From Patescibacteria group bacterium (GTDB lineage: Bacteria > Patescibacteriota > Microgenomatia > Levybacterales > GWA1-39-11), in contig DASZRG010000051.1 in NCBI GenBank assembly GCA_035549295.1, forward strand, positions 17,841 to 81,840: 64,000 nt of DNA. Direction: 5' to 3'. The notes below the pieces were generated by a model. It was not told the DNA's origin. It worked only from the letters and a program-made list of their open reading frames with translations, and did no database searches. Of this stretch, positions 25,471 to 35,510 are shown in pieces (within the stretch, counting starts at the first letter, position 1; each line of letters starts with the position of its first letter). The translations under genes were made by a program, and so were the position numbers.

Positions 25471-27219
25471 ATGAGAAAGTTCTTCCTGTTGTTTGTATTG
25501 GGTTTGTTAGTAATCATTAAGCTGCTAATCGCACCTCAAGTTTTCTCAGATGAGTTAGATGACATCAACAAACAATTATCAGATCTTCAATCGCAATTAA
25601 CCGCTTCTCAAAAAGCAACCGCCCCACTTGAATCACAACTCAACAATCTCCAGTCACAGCTCAAGGGAATTGAAGACAGAGTTGCAAGTATTGAGGTCGA
25701 TCTTGCACAAAAGAAAAAATATATAGATAGCGGCTACAAAGATCTTGAAAAAAACAAAGAAATTTTTAACAGATCTGTTAGAAATTATTATATAAAAAGC
25801 TATCTAATCTCTCCTCTTATCGTTTTTATATCAAGCGCTGATGCTGGATATATAACACGAGCTATTGTGTATCAACAAAAAGGATCAGATCAGGACCGAG
25901 ATACAATAACAAATCTTGCTTTAAAGATTGTTGACCTTGAGACACAGCAAAAAGAACTTATCGCAGAACAGGAGAAATTGGCATCTGCAAAAGTCACTTT
26001 GTCTAGCGAGAAAGATCAAATAGACAAAGTTGTTCGGGGCGCAAAACAATATCAGGCAAGCTTAACCTCCCAAATAGCTGAACTGTCAGCTAAGCAACAA
26101 CAAATTCTGTCCCAAAGACTCGCATCGTTAAATATTCCTCTATCCGCCTATGCCGGTCTTGGTGGTGGGTGCTCAAGCGATCTGACGAATGGTAAGAATC
26201 CAGGTTTTTCGCCTAGGATCGGGTTCTTTTCGTACGGCGTCCCCAATAGAGTTGGTCTCAATCAGTATGGCGCAAAAGGTCGTGCCGATGCTGGACAAAA
26301 TTATACACAAATACTAAATGCTTATTACAGCGCCGATATCTCATCGGGTCAATCTACTTCAACAAATATTCATGTTGTCGGAACAAATGAATATGGGCAG
26401 AGCTTTGATACAAACTGGAATATCGAAGATTATGTAAAGCATGTTTATGAAATGCCCACCACCTGGAATCCAGAAGCACTAAAAGCGCAGGCTATTGCAG
26501 CCAGATCGTACGCTCTTGCTTATACCAATAATGGGTCGGGGAATATTTGCCCCAGCCAGTCATGTCAGGTTGTAAAGCAAGAACAAAACTCACAAGCGTG
26601 GGTAGACGCAGTAAACGCGACAGCAGGTCAAGTCTTAACATCAGGCGGACAACCTATCAAGGCCTGGTTCTCATCAACACACGGCGGGTACGTTCACTCA
26701 TCTTCCGATATTGGATGGTCTGCAACATCCTACACTAAAAATGCGCAGGACACGACGAGTAATGTTGGAAGTTTTTCCGATCTTCAGAACAATGCCTATG
26801 ATAAAAGCTCACCTTGGTTCTACTGCGATTGGGGATCTAGAGGAAATTATGGCGGAACGGCATGGCTTCAATCTGGTGAAGTTGCCGATATTGTTAACAT
26901 TATTCTTCTTGCTAAAGCCGACTCGTCAACCAGCGAACATCTCTACCAGACCGACAAACCAAACCCTGCAGGAACTGACACTTGGGATGCAAATCGTGTG
27001 CGACAAGAGCTCCAAAGCCGAGGAATAACTGGCTACAATAGCGTTTCAGACATAACGGTTTCAGTTGATTTTGGAAGCGGAAAAACAAACTCCGTGAACG
27101 TAAATGGCGATGCCGGATCACACAGTTTTGATGCTGGAGAATTTAAAAATTGGTTTAATCTGAGAGCACCAGCTAATATTCAGATCGTCGGCCCTCTATT
27201 CAACATCGAGAAACAGTAG
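25471..27219 (+). CDS. SpoIID/LytB-domain protein with N-terminal signal/TM and coiled-coil region
   Basis: 'NQYGAKGRADAGQNYTQILNAYY' and 'EDYVKHVYEMPTTWNPEALKAQAIAARSYALAY' match the SpoIID/LytB amidase-enhancer/lytic transglycosylase domain. The N-terminal ~200 aa are heptad-rich (coiled coil). Confidence 0.7.
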   Translation: MRKFFLLFVLGLLVIIKLLIAPQVFSDELDDINKQLSDLQSQLTASQKATAPLESQLNNLQSQLKGIEDRVASIEVDLAQKKKYIDSGYKDLEKNKEIFNRSVRNYYIKSYLISPLIVFISSADAGYITRAIVYQQKGSDQDRDTITNLALKIVDLETQQKELIAEQEKLASAKVTLSSEKDQIDKVVRGAKQYQASLTSQIAELSAKQQQILSQRLASLNIPLSAYAGLGGGCSSDLTNGKNPGFSPRIGFFSYGVPNRVGLNQYGAKGRADAGQNYTQILNAYYSADISSGQSTSTNIHVVGTNEYGQSFDTNWNIEDYVKHVYEMPTTWNPEALKAQAIAARSYALAYTNNGSGNICPSQSCQVVKQEQNSQAWVDAVNATAGQVLTSGGQPIKAWFSSTHGGYVHSSSDIGWSATSYTKNAQDTTSNVGSFSDLQNNAYDKSSPWFYCDWGSRGNYGGTAWLQSGEVADIVNIILLAKADSSTSEHLYQTDKPNPAGTDTWDANRVRQELQSRGITGYNSVSDITVSVDFGSGKTNSVNVNGDAGSHSFDAGEFKNWFNLRAPANIQIVGPLFNIEKQ

Positions 27220-27291
27220 AAATAAAGAGTATCAAAGGTATCAGGGCGTCGTTTGTTTTCGGACTCAGGTCTAGGGTATAATTAAGGCTAA

Positions 27292-27951
27292 ATGCCGGAC
27301 AATGACTTACAGGGCGAATTCGTAATCAACAATAACAAGCTTGAAGAAGAAGCAGAAACGCCTGTTGCTGAAAAAGTGGCAGCAGACGCTCCGCCTCACG
27401 CAGGCGGAAAACTTCATTTCTTTTCAAATTTTTGTATAAATCCTCAAAACCTGATTTTCGAAGAGCAGGTTGCCGACGAACAAATAGTTCTACTCATAAG
27501 ACGAGACCTAATAACAAACTTCCCTTGGATATTTGCAACGGCGGTTCTCATTATCATTCCTATCCTGATCAGAATGTTTTCATTTTTATTTACTCCCTTT
27601 TTCGTTATTTCAGATGGCACACTTCAAATCGCAGTGCTTTTTTACTACTTAATTGTAATTGGATTTGTACTCGTACAATTTACTCTCTGGTATTTTAATG
27701 TGGGACTTGTTACAACAAGGAGAATAATAGATTTTAATATCGCAGGAATACTTTACAAACAAATAAGCGAGACCAAAATCAACCTAGTAGAAGATGTTTC
27801 CTATTCTCAAAACGGTGCAGTAAGATCTGTTTTTGATTATGGCGATGTCCTCATACAAACCGCCGCGACGCTTGAGAATTTTGAATTCGACAGAGTTCCA
27901 TCACCTGTAAAAATAGTCAAGATAATCGCTGATATGATCGGAGAGAAATAG
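27292..27951 (+). CDS. Membrane protein with bPH_2 (YdbT-like) domain, paralog of 14839..15528
   Basis: 'TLWYFNVGLVTTRRIIDFNIAGIL…DYGDVLIQTA' after two TM helices. Confidence 0.45.
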   Translation: MPDNDLQGEFVINNNKLEEEAETPVAEKVAADAPPHAGGKLHFFSNFCINPQNLIFEEQVADEQIVLLIRRDLITNFPWIFATAVLIIIPILIRMFSFLFTPFFVISDGTLQIAVLFYYLIVIGFVLVQFTLWYFNVGLVTTRRIIDFNIAGILYKQISETKINLVEDVSYSQNGAVRSVFDYGDVLIQTAATLENFEFDRVPSPVKIVKIIADMIGEK

Positions 27952-27952
27952 T

Positions 27953-28186
27953 ATGGATCTTTCATTTTTTATGAATCTGCTCGCAAGTCAAGATTTTCTT
28001 GTAAGAATCGGCCTCATAATCGGTATTTCTTTTTATGGCCTTTTTGCACTAATCGTTGCAATTCAAATAAATAATTTAAATCGTGCCCTTAATCAAGTGG
28101 GATTTTCTTTTATCTTTAATGTAATTGCAGTTGTCCACATGCTGGCTACTATTGCGCTCTTGATCTTGGCCGTGTTATCCTTATAA
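27953..28186 (+). CDS. Small two-TM membrane protein
   Basis: 77-aa hydrophobic ORF translationally coupled to its neighbours. Confidence 0.3.
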   Translation: MDLSFFMNLLASQDFLVRIGLIIGISFYGLFALIVAIQINNLNRALNQVGFSFIFNVIAVVHMLATIALLILAVLSL

Positions 28187-28187
28187 T

Positions 28188-30002
28188 ATGGAGGCAAACA
28201 TTCTGCTCTCAAAAGTTGTCTCAAATCCGACCGACACTGCATGGGCTCAGGCCTATTCAACACTCAATTTATATATCGTTCTCAGCGTAAAATCCGACGC
28301 GACAGAAGAAATTGCCGCGTCGGGTAAAGAACTACTTGAAAAAATTCAAAGAGAATATTTCTCTCAAGACGAAAAAAATCTTGAAAATATACGCGAGAGC
28401 GTTGAGAATGCAATCGCCGAAATTGAAAATCTTGAGAATATCTCAATCGCTCTCGTAACCATCAAAGGAGAAGTCCTTTATATTATCACTGTATCCGCAG
28501 CGCAAGTAGTTTTGAAGAGAGATGGAAAACTTGGTGTAATCGCCGAGGGAGAAGTAGGAAAAATTGAAGCATTTTCAGGAAAAATAAAATCAGACGATAT
28601 AGTGATTGTTGAAACCGGAGACTTCTCTCAAAAACTTCCAGTTGCCAAACTGTCGCCAATTGTTGACGACCTTGAGATAACTGAGCTTTCGGAGAATTTA
28701 GCGCCAATCATTCATAACGAAGCGCTTGGTAGCGAAGCAGCGATTATCCTGCAATACAAGAAGCTCGGACAGCAGGAAGAACCATCAGCAGAAACTGATC
28801 CAGCTGAAGAAGCAAAAGAGGATGAAAAAGATGACACCGAGGAAACAAAGATCACCGAAAAAGAAAATAAGAAAGATAAGGAAGATGAACTCTTTGATGA
28901 ACCAAAAGATAAAAAGATGAAAATAAATATGCCAACTATTGGAGCGCCAAAATTTGGCTCCAAAAAGATAATTTTTGTTGTCATTTTGATATTGGTAATT
29001 ATTCTTATTGGAAGCATAATGTATGAGAAAAAGAATCAAGAAACAGCAAAGGAGAACCTAATCCTAACCGACATACTAGATCCTGCACAGAAAAAATTTG
29101 ACGAAGCAAACGCGCTTGCGTCGCTTAACAAGGGGCTTGCGCTAGATGAGTTTACAGACCTTAAAAAAGACGTATCTGACTCAGAAAGCAAACTTCCGGC
29201 CGGAAGCGCCGCCCGACAAAAACTTGACGAATTTATAGGAAAAATTGAAAGCAAAATAGGCGATCTTGGTGCCGGAGCAACACTCGCAAATCAGAAAGTT
29301 ATCTATGATAAAGGTGCTGATCTTGTTTGGTTTGACAAAGACATATTTGTTGCGAAGTCAGACGGAACGATAAACACGCTATCAGAAGACGGAACTTCTC
29401 AATCTGATGCGTCATCAAAAAACAATAACGTAAAATCTGAAACGTCTGATGATGACTCAATATATCTTCTAGGTGACAGTGGTGTTACAAAAACAGATAA
29501 AAAATCGGGCAAGACAACAGTTGCCATAAAAGATATTTCTGATACAAGCGTTATAAATACCTTTGGTCCAAATCTATACGGCCTTAATACGAAAACTAAA
29601 ACCATCGATAAGTATGCCGGTGTCGCATCTCCAAGAAGTGACTATTTCAAGCAAAGCGTTACCCTTACCGATCCCTCGGGCATGGCAATCGATGGATCAA
29701 TTTGGATAGTTGATGCCGGAAAAATCAGAAAATTTACGAAAGGGACTGAGGATACATTTACCGTCACCGGCATCACAAAAGATATCGGATCAAATGCTCA
29801 AATATTTACATCTTCAGATGACACTAATATTTATGTTCTCGACCCGACAAGCACGAGAATACTTTCAATCGCAAAAAGCGGTGAAGTAAAAAATCAATAT
29901 GTCTCAAAAGATCTTGCAAATGCAACCTCATTTACTGTAGACGAGGGGAATAAGAAGATATTCGTAGTTATCTCCGGTAAACTGTATTCCTTTGACATGT
30001 AA
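28188..30002 (+). CDS. Hypothetical protein: N-terminal globular domain, acidic low-complexity linker, single TM, C-terminal beta-rich domain
   Basis: The acidic stretch is EEPSAETDPAEEAKEDEKDDTEETK. The TM is 'IIFVVILILVIILIGSIMY'. I recognise no catalytic motif. Confidence 0.4.
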   Translation: MEANILLSKVVSNPTDTAWAQAYSTLNLYIVLSVKSDATEEIAASGKELLEKIQREYFSQDEKNLENIRESVENAIAEIENLENISIALVTIKGEVLYIITVSAAQVVLKRDGKLGVIAEGEVGKIEAFSGKIKSDDIVIVETGDFSQKLPVAKLSPIVDDLEITELSENLAPIIHNEALGSEAAIILQYKKLGQQEEPSAETDPAEEAKEDEKDDTEETKITEKENKKDKEDELFDEPKDKKMKINMPTIGAPKFGSKKIIFVVILILVIILIGSIMYEKKNQETAKENLILTDILDPAQKKFDEANALASLNKGLALDEFTDLKKDVSDSESKLPAGSAARQKLDEFIGKIESKIGDLGAGATLANQKVIYDKGADLVWFDKDIFVAKSDGTINTLSEDGTSQSDASSKNNNVKSETSDDDSIYLLGDSGVTKTDKKSGKTTVAIKDISDTSVINTFGPNLYGLNTKTKTIDKYAGVASPRSDYFKQSVTLTDPSGMAIDGSIWIVDAGKIRKFTKGTEDTFTVTGITKDIGSNAQIFTSSDDTNIYVLDPTSTRILSIAKSGEVKNQYVSKDLANATSFTVDEGNKKIFVVISGKLYSFDM

Positions 30003-30038
30003 CAGGTTGACGTGTTTGCGAGTTAACGTGTTAACGAG

Positions 30039-30497
30039 TTGATGCGCTATAATATCCTCATGAGAATAACAAACCGCCATGCGAATACTTATAAGGTTGA
30101 GGAAAAAATTGAAGCTGGTATTGCTCTTTTGGGGTCTGAAGTAAAAGCCCTAAGACTAGGACATGCTGATATATCTTCTTCTTATGTGCGAATAACTGGA
30201 TCTGAGGCATATCTAATAAACACAAAAATTTTTCCATATAAATTTTCTAGAGCAGAGGGGTATCAAGAGACAAGAAGTCGAAAGCTGCTTTTGCACAGAA
30301 AGGAAATTCTGGCACTCAAATCAAAAATGGATCAAGGAAAATATACCATGATCCCCCTGTCTATCTACCTAAAGGATGATAATTTTAAAGTTGAGATTGC
30401 CCTAGCCCTCTCAAAAAACAAAAAAGAAAGACATCAAGACGAACGAAAAAAAGCCATCGACCGCGACCAAGAGCGTGAGATAAAGAATATTGTTTAA
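30039..30497 (+). CDS. smpB: SsrA-binding protein SmpB
   Basis: 'IEAGIALLGSEVKALRLGHADISSSYV…' and 'RKLLLHRKEI' match SmpB conserved blocks, with a basic C-terminal tail. The start may be the internal Met at about 30060. Confidence 0.8.
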   Translation: MMRYNILMRITNRHANTYKVEEKIEAGIALLGSEVKALRLGHADISSSYVRITGSEAYLINTKIFPYKFSRAEGYQETRSRKLLLHRKEILALKSKMDQGKYTMIPLSIYLKDDNFKVEIALALSKNKKERHQDERKKAIDRDQEREIKNIV

Positions 30498-31356
30498 CAT
30501 TATGCCAGAATCCGTTGACTCAACACCAAATATAAACATCCCGGATACTACCCTGACTCAACCAGAAACAAAAGAGCACGATGGTTTAAAAGTTAACTTT
30601 TCGATAAATAACAGACAACTCATCTCCAACACTCTCCGACAAACAACCAATATAGCAGCACCCTATATTGAAGATGTTGTAGCCCTGCAAAACTTTGCAT
30701 GGTCATTATCTAAATCTGCGTATAATTTTGTTTCAGGTCGGGCTCCTGGTGAGTTTTTTGCTCTTGGGGGAACACTCGATGAGGCGACAAACTTCATGCA
30801 ACAAGTTGAAGAAAGTGATGAATTCCAGAAAATAAGACAGCAAACTGAAGATTATATGGCAAAGATTAAATCTCAATGGGAACAAAACTATCCGCAAGCG
30901 AGCGACTTTGTTAAGAAATTAACAGGCTTGGATTTAAATAAACAAGTTAATATATACGTAACTCATCCGGGACTAAATAATGGGAAATATTTAGGAAGCG
31001 ATAACATAACATTTGGACACAATGAGGATTGGAATAACTATTCAACTGTATATTTATGGCACGAGGTACTACATTCTTATCTCGACAACACAGCCCTAAA
31101 CCATGCACTTATTCAATTCGTAACCGATAACGAACTCAGAAAAAAACTCAATAACGAATCAGACTCTTCACCGCTTATTGGACACGAAGAACTACTTCTG
31201 TTGATGGAGAAAATGACACCACGCTGGCAATCATACATGGCTGGCATTCCCGAGGGTGGTCATGGAGATATAAAAGCACTAGGTGAAGAATTTGCGAAAA
31301 TTGATAATATCCAGCAGGAATTAGACACTATTTCTACTTCTCAACCTCAGCATTAG
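30490..31356 (+). CDS. Hypothetical protein
   Basis: 288-aa ORF overlapping the smpB end by 8 nt. No motif recognised. Confidence 0.4.
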   Translation: MFNIMPESVDSTPNINIPDTTLTQPETKEHDGLKVNFSINNRQLISNTLRQTTNIAAPYIEDVVALQNFAWSLSKSAYNFVSGRAPGEFFALGGTLDEATNFMQQVEESDEFQKIRQQTEDYMAKIKSQWEQNYPQASDFVKKLTGLDLNKQVNIYVTHPGLNNGKYLGSDNITFGHNEDWNNYSTVYLWHEVLHSYLDNTALNHALIQFVTDNELRKKLNNESDSSPLIGHEELLLLMEKMTPRWQSYMAGIPEGGHGDIKALGEEFAKIDNIQQELDTISTSQPQH

Positions 31357-31397
31357 CCTTGAAAATCATCCTATAATCTGCTATAATAGCTTCAATT

Positions 31398-31755
31398 GGG
31401 GATGCATTGCATCGACAGAATTGCTCATTAAAAACCGCAAGCCGATAATGATACTAATCGTTAAAGCGTATCAAAAATAAATGCTGAAGGACAATCCATT
31501 CAGCGCAACTACAATTTTGCATTCGCTTAATTGAGTAGCTGTCCGTACTAAAATTTTTCCAGACGATTTGGTGCGGGCAAAAACAAAGTTTGGATATAGC
31601 AAAACTTTTGGTTTGGAGTTTTGTTGAAAAATAAAACCTTACTCGTATTTAATCTTGTTGGTTAGAGTTCGTGCGAGAAAATTAAAGAATCAACTAAGCT
31701 TGTAGATGTTTTTATTAAGATAATTTTGGACGAGGTTTCAAAACCTCCATCTCCA
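31398..31755 (+). ncRNA. ssrA: tmRNA (ssrA)
   Basis: The 5' end is GGGGATGCATTGCATCGACAG (compare E. coli GGGGCUGAUUCUGGAUUCGACGG). The 3' end is GGACGAGGTTTCAAAACCTCCATCTCC-A (compare GGACGGGGGUUCAAAUCCCCCCGGCUCC-A). The acceptor pairing includes G3·U70. An internal frame beginning at GCU (31483) encodes AEGQSIQRNYNFAFA followed by a stop. It sits immediately downstream of smpB and is preceded by a TATAAT. Confidence 0.7.
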
Positions 31756-31758
31756 CAC

Positions 31759-31815
31759 TTCGCTCTTTACCGGTTGGGTAAAGAGCTACGTAGTGGCAAG
31801 CCACTTTTACCCTTT
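31759..31815 (+). terminator. Putative terminator hairpins after tmRNA
   Basis: CTCTTTACC-GGTTG-GGTAAAGAG stem-loop, then GTGGCAAGCCAC followed by a T-rich tract (TTTTACCCTTTTTGCTTTT). Confidence 0.35.
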
Positions 31816-31839
31816 TTGCTTTTCAGTTAATATAAATTT

Positions 31840-32079
31840 GTGTACTATTCATATATTCTTAAACTGAAAGACAATACTTATTATCATGGCTTCTCGGAAA
31901 ATTTGAAAACCAGAATTAGAGCACATGAACGAGGAAATGTACGATCAACAAAGAACCTTAGACCTGTTGTACTTGTTTTCTACGCAGTGTTTGCATCAAA
32001 ACAGAAAGCTCTGGATTTTGAAACCTATTTAAAAACGCCATCCGGATATGCTTTTCGAAACAAACGACTAATCGAATAG
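31840..32079 (+). CDS. GIY-YIG nuclease-family small protein (GTG start)
   Basis: 'YYSYILKLKDNTYYHGFSENLKTRIRAHERGNV…PVVLVFYAVFASKQKALDFETYLK' has the GIY…YIG, Arg and Glu/Asn pattern of the small YhbQ/Slx1-like GIY-YIG proteins. Confidence 0.55.
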   Translation: MYYSYILKLKDNTYYHGFSENLKTRIRAHERGNVRSTKNLRPVVLVFYAVFASKQKALDFETYLKTPSGYAFRNKRLIE

Positions 32080-32109
32080 CGTTCGTAGCCTTGGGGATGT
32101 TGGGGAAAA

Positions 32110-33375
32110 CTATAAATTCACTTGGCCTTCATTGAAGGAGGCGGCTTCGATGTATTCTTTGTGTTGTGCCTCGACCTTATTTCTCGCCAGATAGAGGATC
32201 AATCCCGCAATAAATACGACAACCATACCTATCCTTATGGCATTCTGAGGCCCAAAATGCTCTGAAACAGCTCCAATTTCAAAATTTCCTATTGGGAAAA
32301 ACCCAACAAACATAACTACATAAATACTCAGAACTCGACCCCGGATCTTGTCCTCCACCATATGCTGCAATGTTGTGTTGATAGTTGGAAAAGTTAGAAG
32401 AAGCCCAAATCCAGACAAAAATAGAAGAATGTAGGCAGGAATAATTTTATCGACAAATGTAAATGCAAAAAGCGAAATCGTGAAGAGAGTATTACCAAAA
32501 ATTATAAATTTCAAATGATCGATCTTCTTACCATAATATGAAAGTATTACCATCGCACAAACTGCTCCGACTCCTACAGCCGCGAATATATACCCAAGCC
32601 CTGTCGCATCTGCATGAAAAGTGGTCTGAGCAATAAGTGGTAGAAGCGTGGTATACGACCACCCAAAGATAGCAACGACTGATGTGAAAAGAAGAAGTGA
32701 CCGAATTTTGGGATTTGAGAATGAATAATCAAGGCCTTCCTTGATTGATTTAATCGGATTATCAAATGCTTTTGGCGCAGGCTCCTCAACTTTTATGCTT
32801 AACAAAGCAATTATAGCCGCAATATACGAAAGTCCATTCACAATAAATGCCCCGCCAGTCCCCAGAATTCCTATCAGAATTCCAGCTATGCTAGGTCCCA
32901 CAACTCGCGCACCATTGAATGTACCAGCGTTCACGGCAATCGCAGATGACAAATCTTTTTTCTCGACCATCTCGTTTGTAAAAGCCTGACGACCAGGAAG
33001 GTCAAGCGCATTTACAACCCCGAGCAAAAAAGCAAGTATCCCAATTTCTGTTAAGTTAATAATTTTTAAAACTGTCATCGCCCCGTAAATGAGCGCGAGA
33101 ATCATGGATGCTGATTGCGTAAAAAGTAAAATTTTTCTTTTTGAAAAATGGTCAACTATTACTCCGCCGAATAAACTGAAAAACAGCGTTGGCAGAGTTG
33201 CAAGTGCGGCAATAAAACCGATGATGAATGGGGACTTGGTAAAAGTAAGCACAAGCCAACCCTCAGCAACAACCTGAAGCCAAGTGCCAATAAGCGATAT
33301 GCTTTGGCCCAAAAAATATAACCTAAAATTCCGGCTTCTAAACGCCGGAAACACACGAATAACAGTATCTTTCAT
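32110..33375 (-). CDS. MFS transporter
   Basis: 12 TM helices and 'GVIVDHFSKRKIL' (MFS motif A-like loop between TM2 and TM3). Confidence 0.7.
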   Translation of the reverse strand: MKDTVIRVFPAFRSRNFRLYFLGQSISLIGTWLQVVAEGWLVLTFTKSPFIIGFIAALATLPTLFFSLFGGVIVDHFSKRKILLFTQSASMILALIYGAMTVLKIINLTEIGILAFLLGVVNALDLPGRQAFTNEMVEKKDLSSAIAVNAGTFNGARVVGPSIAGILIGILGTGGAFIVNGLSYIAAIIALLSIKVEEPAPKAFDNPIKSIKEGLDYSFSNPKIRSLLLFTSVVAIFGWSYTTLLPLIAQTTFHADATGLGYIFAAVGVGAVCAMVILSYYGKKIDHLKFIIFGNTLFTISLFAFTFVDKIIPAYILLFLSGFGLLLTFPTINTTLQHMVEDKIRGRVLSIYVVMFVGFFPIGNFEIGAVSEHFGPQNAIRIGMVVVFIAGLILYLARNKVEAQHKEYIEAASFNEGQVNL

Positions 33376-33592
33376 CTCTTTTTTTGAAAAAACGCTCGAA
33401 GAGGAGAAGGCTATCCCTCAAACAAATTCTGTAATAATTTTAGCAGGAACCATATAAGAGTATCAAGGGTATCATGGGTAACTTCTAATTATTAATTACT
33501 AATTTCTAAAAAAAGAATTTTAAAATTTGTTAACTTTTAAAAACTTGATTAGTAATCAGTTATTAGGAATTATAAATACTGAATACCCTATA

Positions 33593-34321
33593 CTAACCTC
33601 CTGGAGCTTCGTGGGCAAATGCGACACCGAGAACATGCCGTACGCCTGCTCTTTTTAGGACTTTTGCTGCCTCACGAAAGGTTGCAAAAGACGTTGCAAT
33701 ATCATCAACCAACACGACCGAGGAGGGTAGATGAACATTTTTATTTGAATCTAAATATTTTTTTGAAATTGCGAACGCGTCTTTTAGATTTTTTAATCGT
33801 TCTTCTCTCGATAGCTTGAACTGAGGTCTCGTGTCTTTCACGCGGACCAGAAGCTGACTATTATTATTTAACGCAAAATATTGTGCGACATAAGATCCTA
33901 ACAATTCTGCGTGGTTATATCCCCGTTTTTTAAATCTACCGCGCGACAGAGGGATAGCTACAACCGTAGGTCTTCGCTTGATAAACTTATAAAAAATTTC
34001 GTTTTGGGACAAACCATCGACAAAAATTTCACCAATTACAGCATCGAGCCTTCTCAAATTCGGCTCATATTTGAACTTATAAATAAGCTTTTTGACGAGC
34101 TTATTGTAGGAAACAGCCGATACAACGCCATCAATTGACCGTGAAGTAAGACACCCAGGATGAGTCGTACCGTCAATGCTATGTTTATTACATACCGCAC
34201 AAAAGGAATAGCTGTTATATGAAATCTTCGAAAAGCAGTTAGGGCATATAAAGTCACCAAAGCGCCCGCAATTTATGCATTTTTTAGGAAATATTAAATC
34301 TAGGAAATTCATAAATGTCAT
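33593..34321 (-). CDS. comF: ComF-family protein (double zinc ribbon + phosphoribosyltransferase-like domain)
   Basis: N-terminal 'CINCGRFGDFICPNC…CAVCNKH'. C-terminal PRTase-type 'VVLVDDIATSFATF'. Confidence 0.7.
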   Translation of the reverse strand: MTFMNFLDLIFPKKCINCGRFGDFICPNCFSKISYNSYSFCAVCNKHSIDGTTHPGCLTSRSIDGVVSAVSYNKLVKKLIYKFKYEPNLRRLDAVIGEIFVDGLSQNEIFYKFIKRRPTVVAIPLSRGRFKKRGYNHAELLGSYVAQYFALNNNSQLLVRVKDTRPQFKLSREERLKNLKDAFAISKKYLDSNKNVHLPSSVVLVDDIATSFATFREAAKVLKRAGVRHVLGVAFAHEAPGG

Positions 34322-34636
34322 TCTGAATTTAATTCAGAATCTCAAATAAGAGATTCCGGGTCAAGCCGGAATAACTCAAGCAGGCTTGTGAAAAGTGGGT
34401 TTTCCACATGATTATTATAGGTTTCGTATTTTTTGTTATCCCCGAGTTATCCACATTTTGCATGTTTTACTACGGGATGATATAGTACGATACAGTATAG
34501 TTTGATATAGTTATTGAGGCTAGCACCCCTCTGCTCTGTGCCTGTGTGGATATTTTTTAGGGAGAGAATTCGAATAATAAATTTAGAAACTAATTACGAG
34601 ATCCCGAATCAAGTTCGGGTGACATTCTAAAGAATG

Positions 34637-35059
34637 TCAGTTTGTTAGTTTTTCAGGCTTGTCAGGGGTTTTTAGCCTTATTACGCGTAATTTGGTTGTG
34701 CCAATTTTTTCTCGACCCAAAAAGATAGAAAAGTCATACTCCCCTTCTTCGCCAAACTTTACACCAACCAGTTCTATCACTAAATTACTCTTACCATTTA
34801 TTCCTGTGTTAATTTTCATTTCCATCTGCGGCAAAACTTGTTGTTCATCTTGAGTTGAGGCTGCGATAATTCTCAAGTCGTATGAGGTTGCCGATTTTCC
34901 AGAAACTGCAGCTACCAAGAATCCGCGATTAAGAACCGCCTCATTGTTTAAGGTACGTAGCTCCTCAAAGATACCCATTGCCGAGAGCTTTCCTTCTTGT
35001 GAGATTGATGCATAGTCACACAAAAGCATGAAGTCAATTTTTAGATCAGATTTTTTCAT
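34637..35059 (-). CDS. Hypothetical protein
   Basis: 140 aa with no recognised motif. It stops 2 nt before nrdR on the same strand. Confidence 0.35.
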   Translation of the reverse strand: MKKSDLKIDFMLLCDYASISQEGKLSAMGIFEELRTLNNEAVLNRGFLVAAVSGKSATSYDLRIIAASTQDEQQVLPQMEMKINTGINGKSNLVIELVGVKFGEEGEYDFSIFLGREKIGTTKLRVIRLKTPDKPEKLTN

Positions 35060-35060
35060 G

Positions 35061-35510
35061 TTACTTAATAAGTTTTCTTAATTCTTTTTCAAAATCCTCA
35101 AGATCAACAAACCTTTTAAAAACGCTCGAGAATCTAATATATGCAATTTTATCAACTTTCTTAAGACGAGCCGCAACAAGTTGTCCAATTTTTTTTGCGT
35201 CTATCTCGACTGACTCTCCTCCTATAAGCTCGCGCTCAATCTCATCGACTATCGTATTTATCTGCGCGGCTGTAACGGTTGTCTTCTCGCAAGCTCGCGT
35301 AATACCCGATCTCAATTTTTCTCGGGAAAATTGCTCACGCTTCCCATCTTTTTTTGTAACTATCAAGGTGACATTTTCTATTCTTTCATACGTAGTGTAT
35401 CTTTTGCCACAGCCAACGCAAGTTCTTCTTCGCCTTATGTTTGTGCCGTCTTCAGATACTCTTGTTTCAACGACTTCGGAATTCGAGCTTTTACAATATG
35501 GACATTGCAT
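35061..35510 (-). CDS. nrdR: Transcriptional repressor NrdR
   Basis: 'MQCPYCKSSNSEVVETR…RRRRTCVGCGKRYTTYE' zinc ribbon plus ATP-cone 'VTLIVTKKDGKREQFSREKL', the canonical NrdR. Confidence 0.85.
   Translation of the reverse strand: MQCPYCKSSNSEVVETRVSEDGTNIRRRRTCVGCGKRYTTYERIENVTLIVTKKDGKREQFSREKLRSGITRACEKTTVTAAQINTIVDEIERELIGGESVEIDAKKIGQLVAARLKKVDKIAYIRFSSVFKRFVDLEDFEKELRKLIK

Noticed and set aside
28712-29254. Several 70-100-aa ORFs on both strands within 28188..30002
   Set aside because: They arise from the Glu/Lys/Asp-rich low-complexity linker region of the 604-aa protein, are nested, and are compositionally biased.
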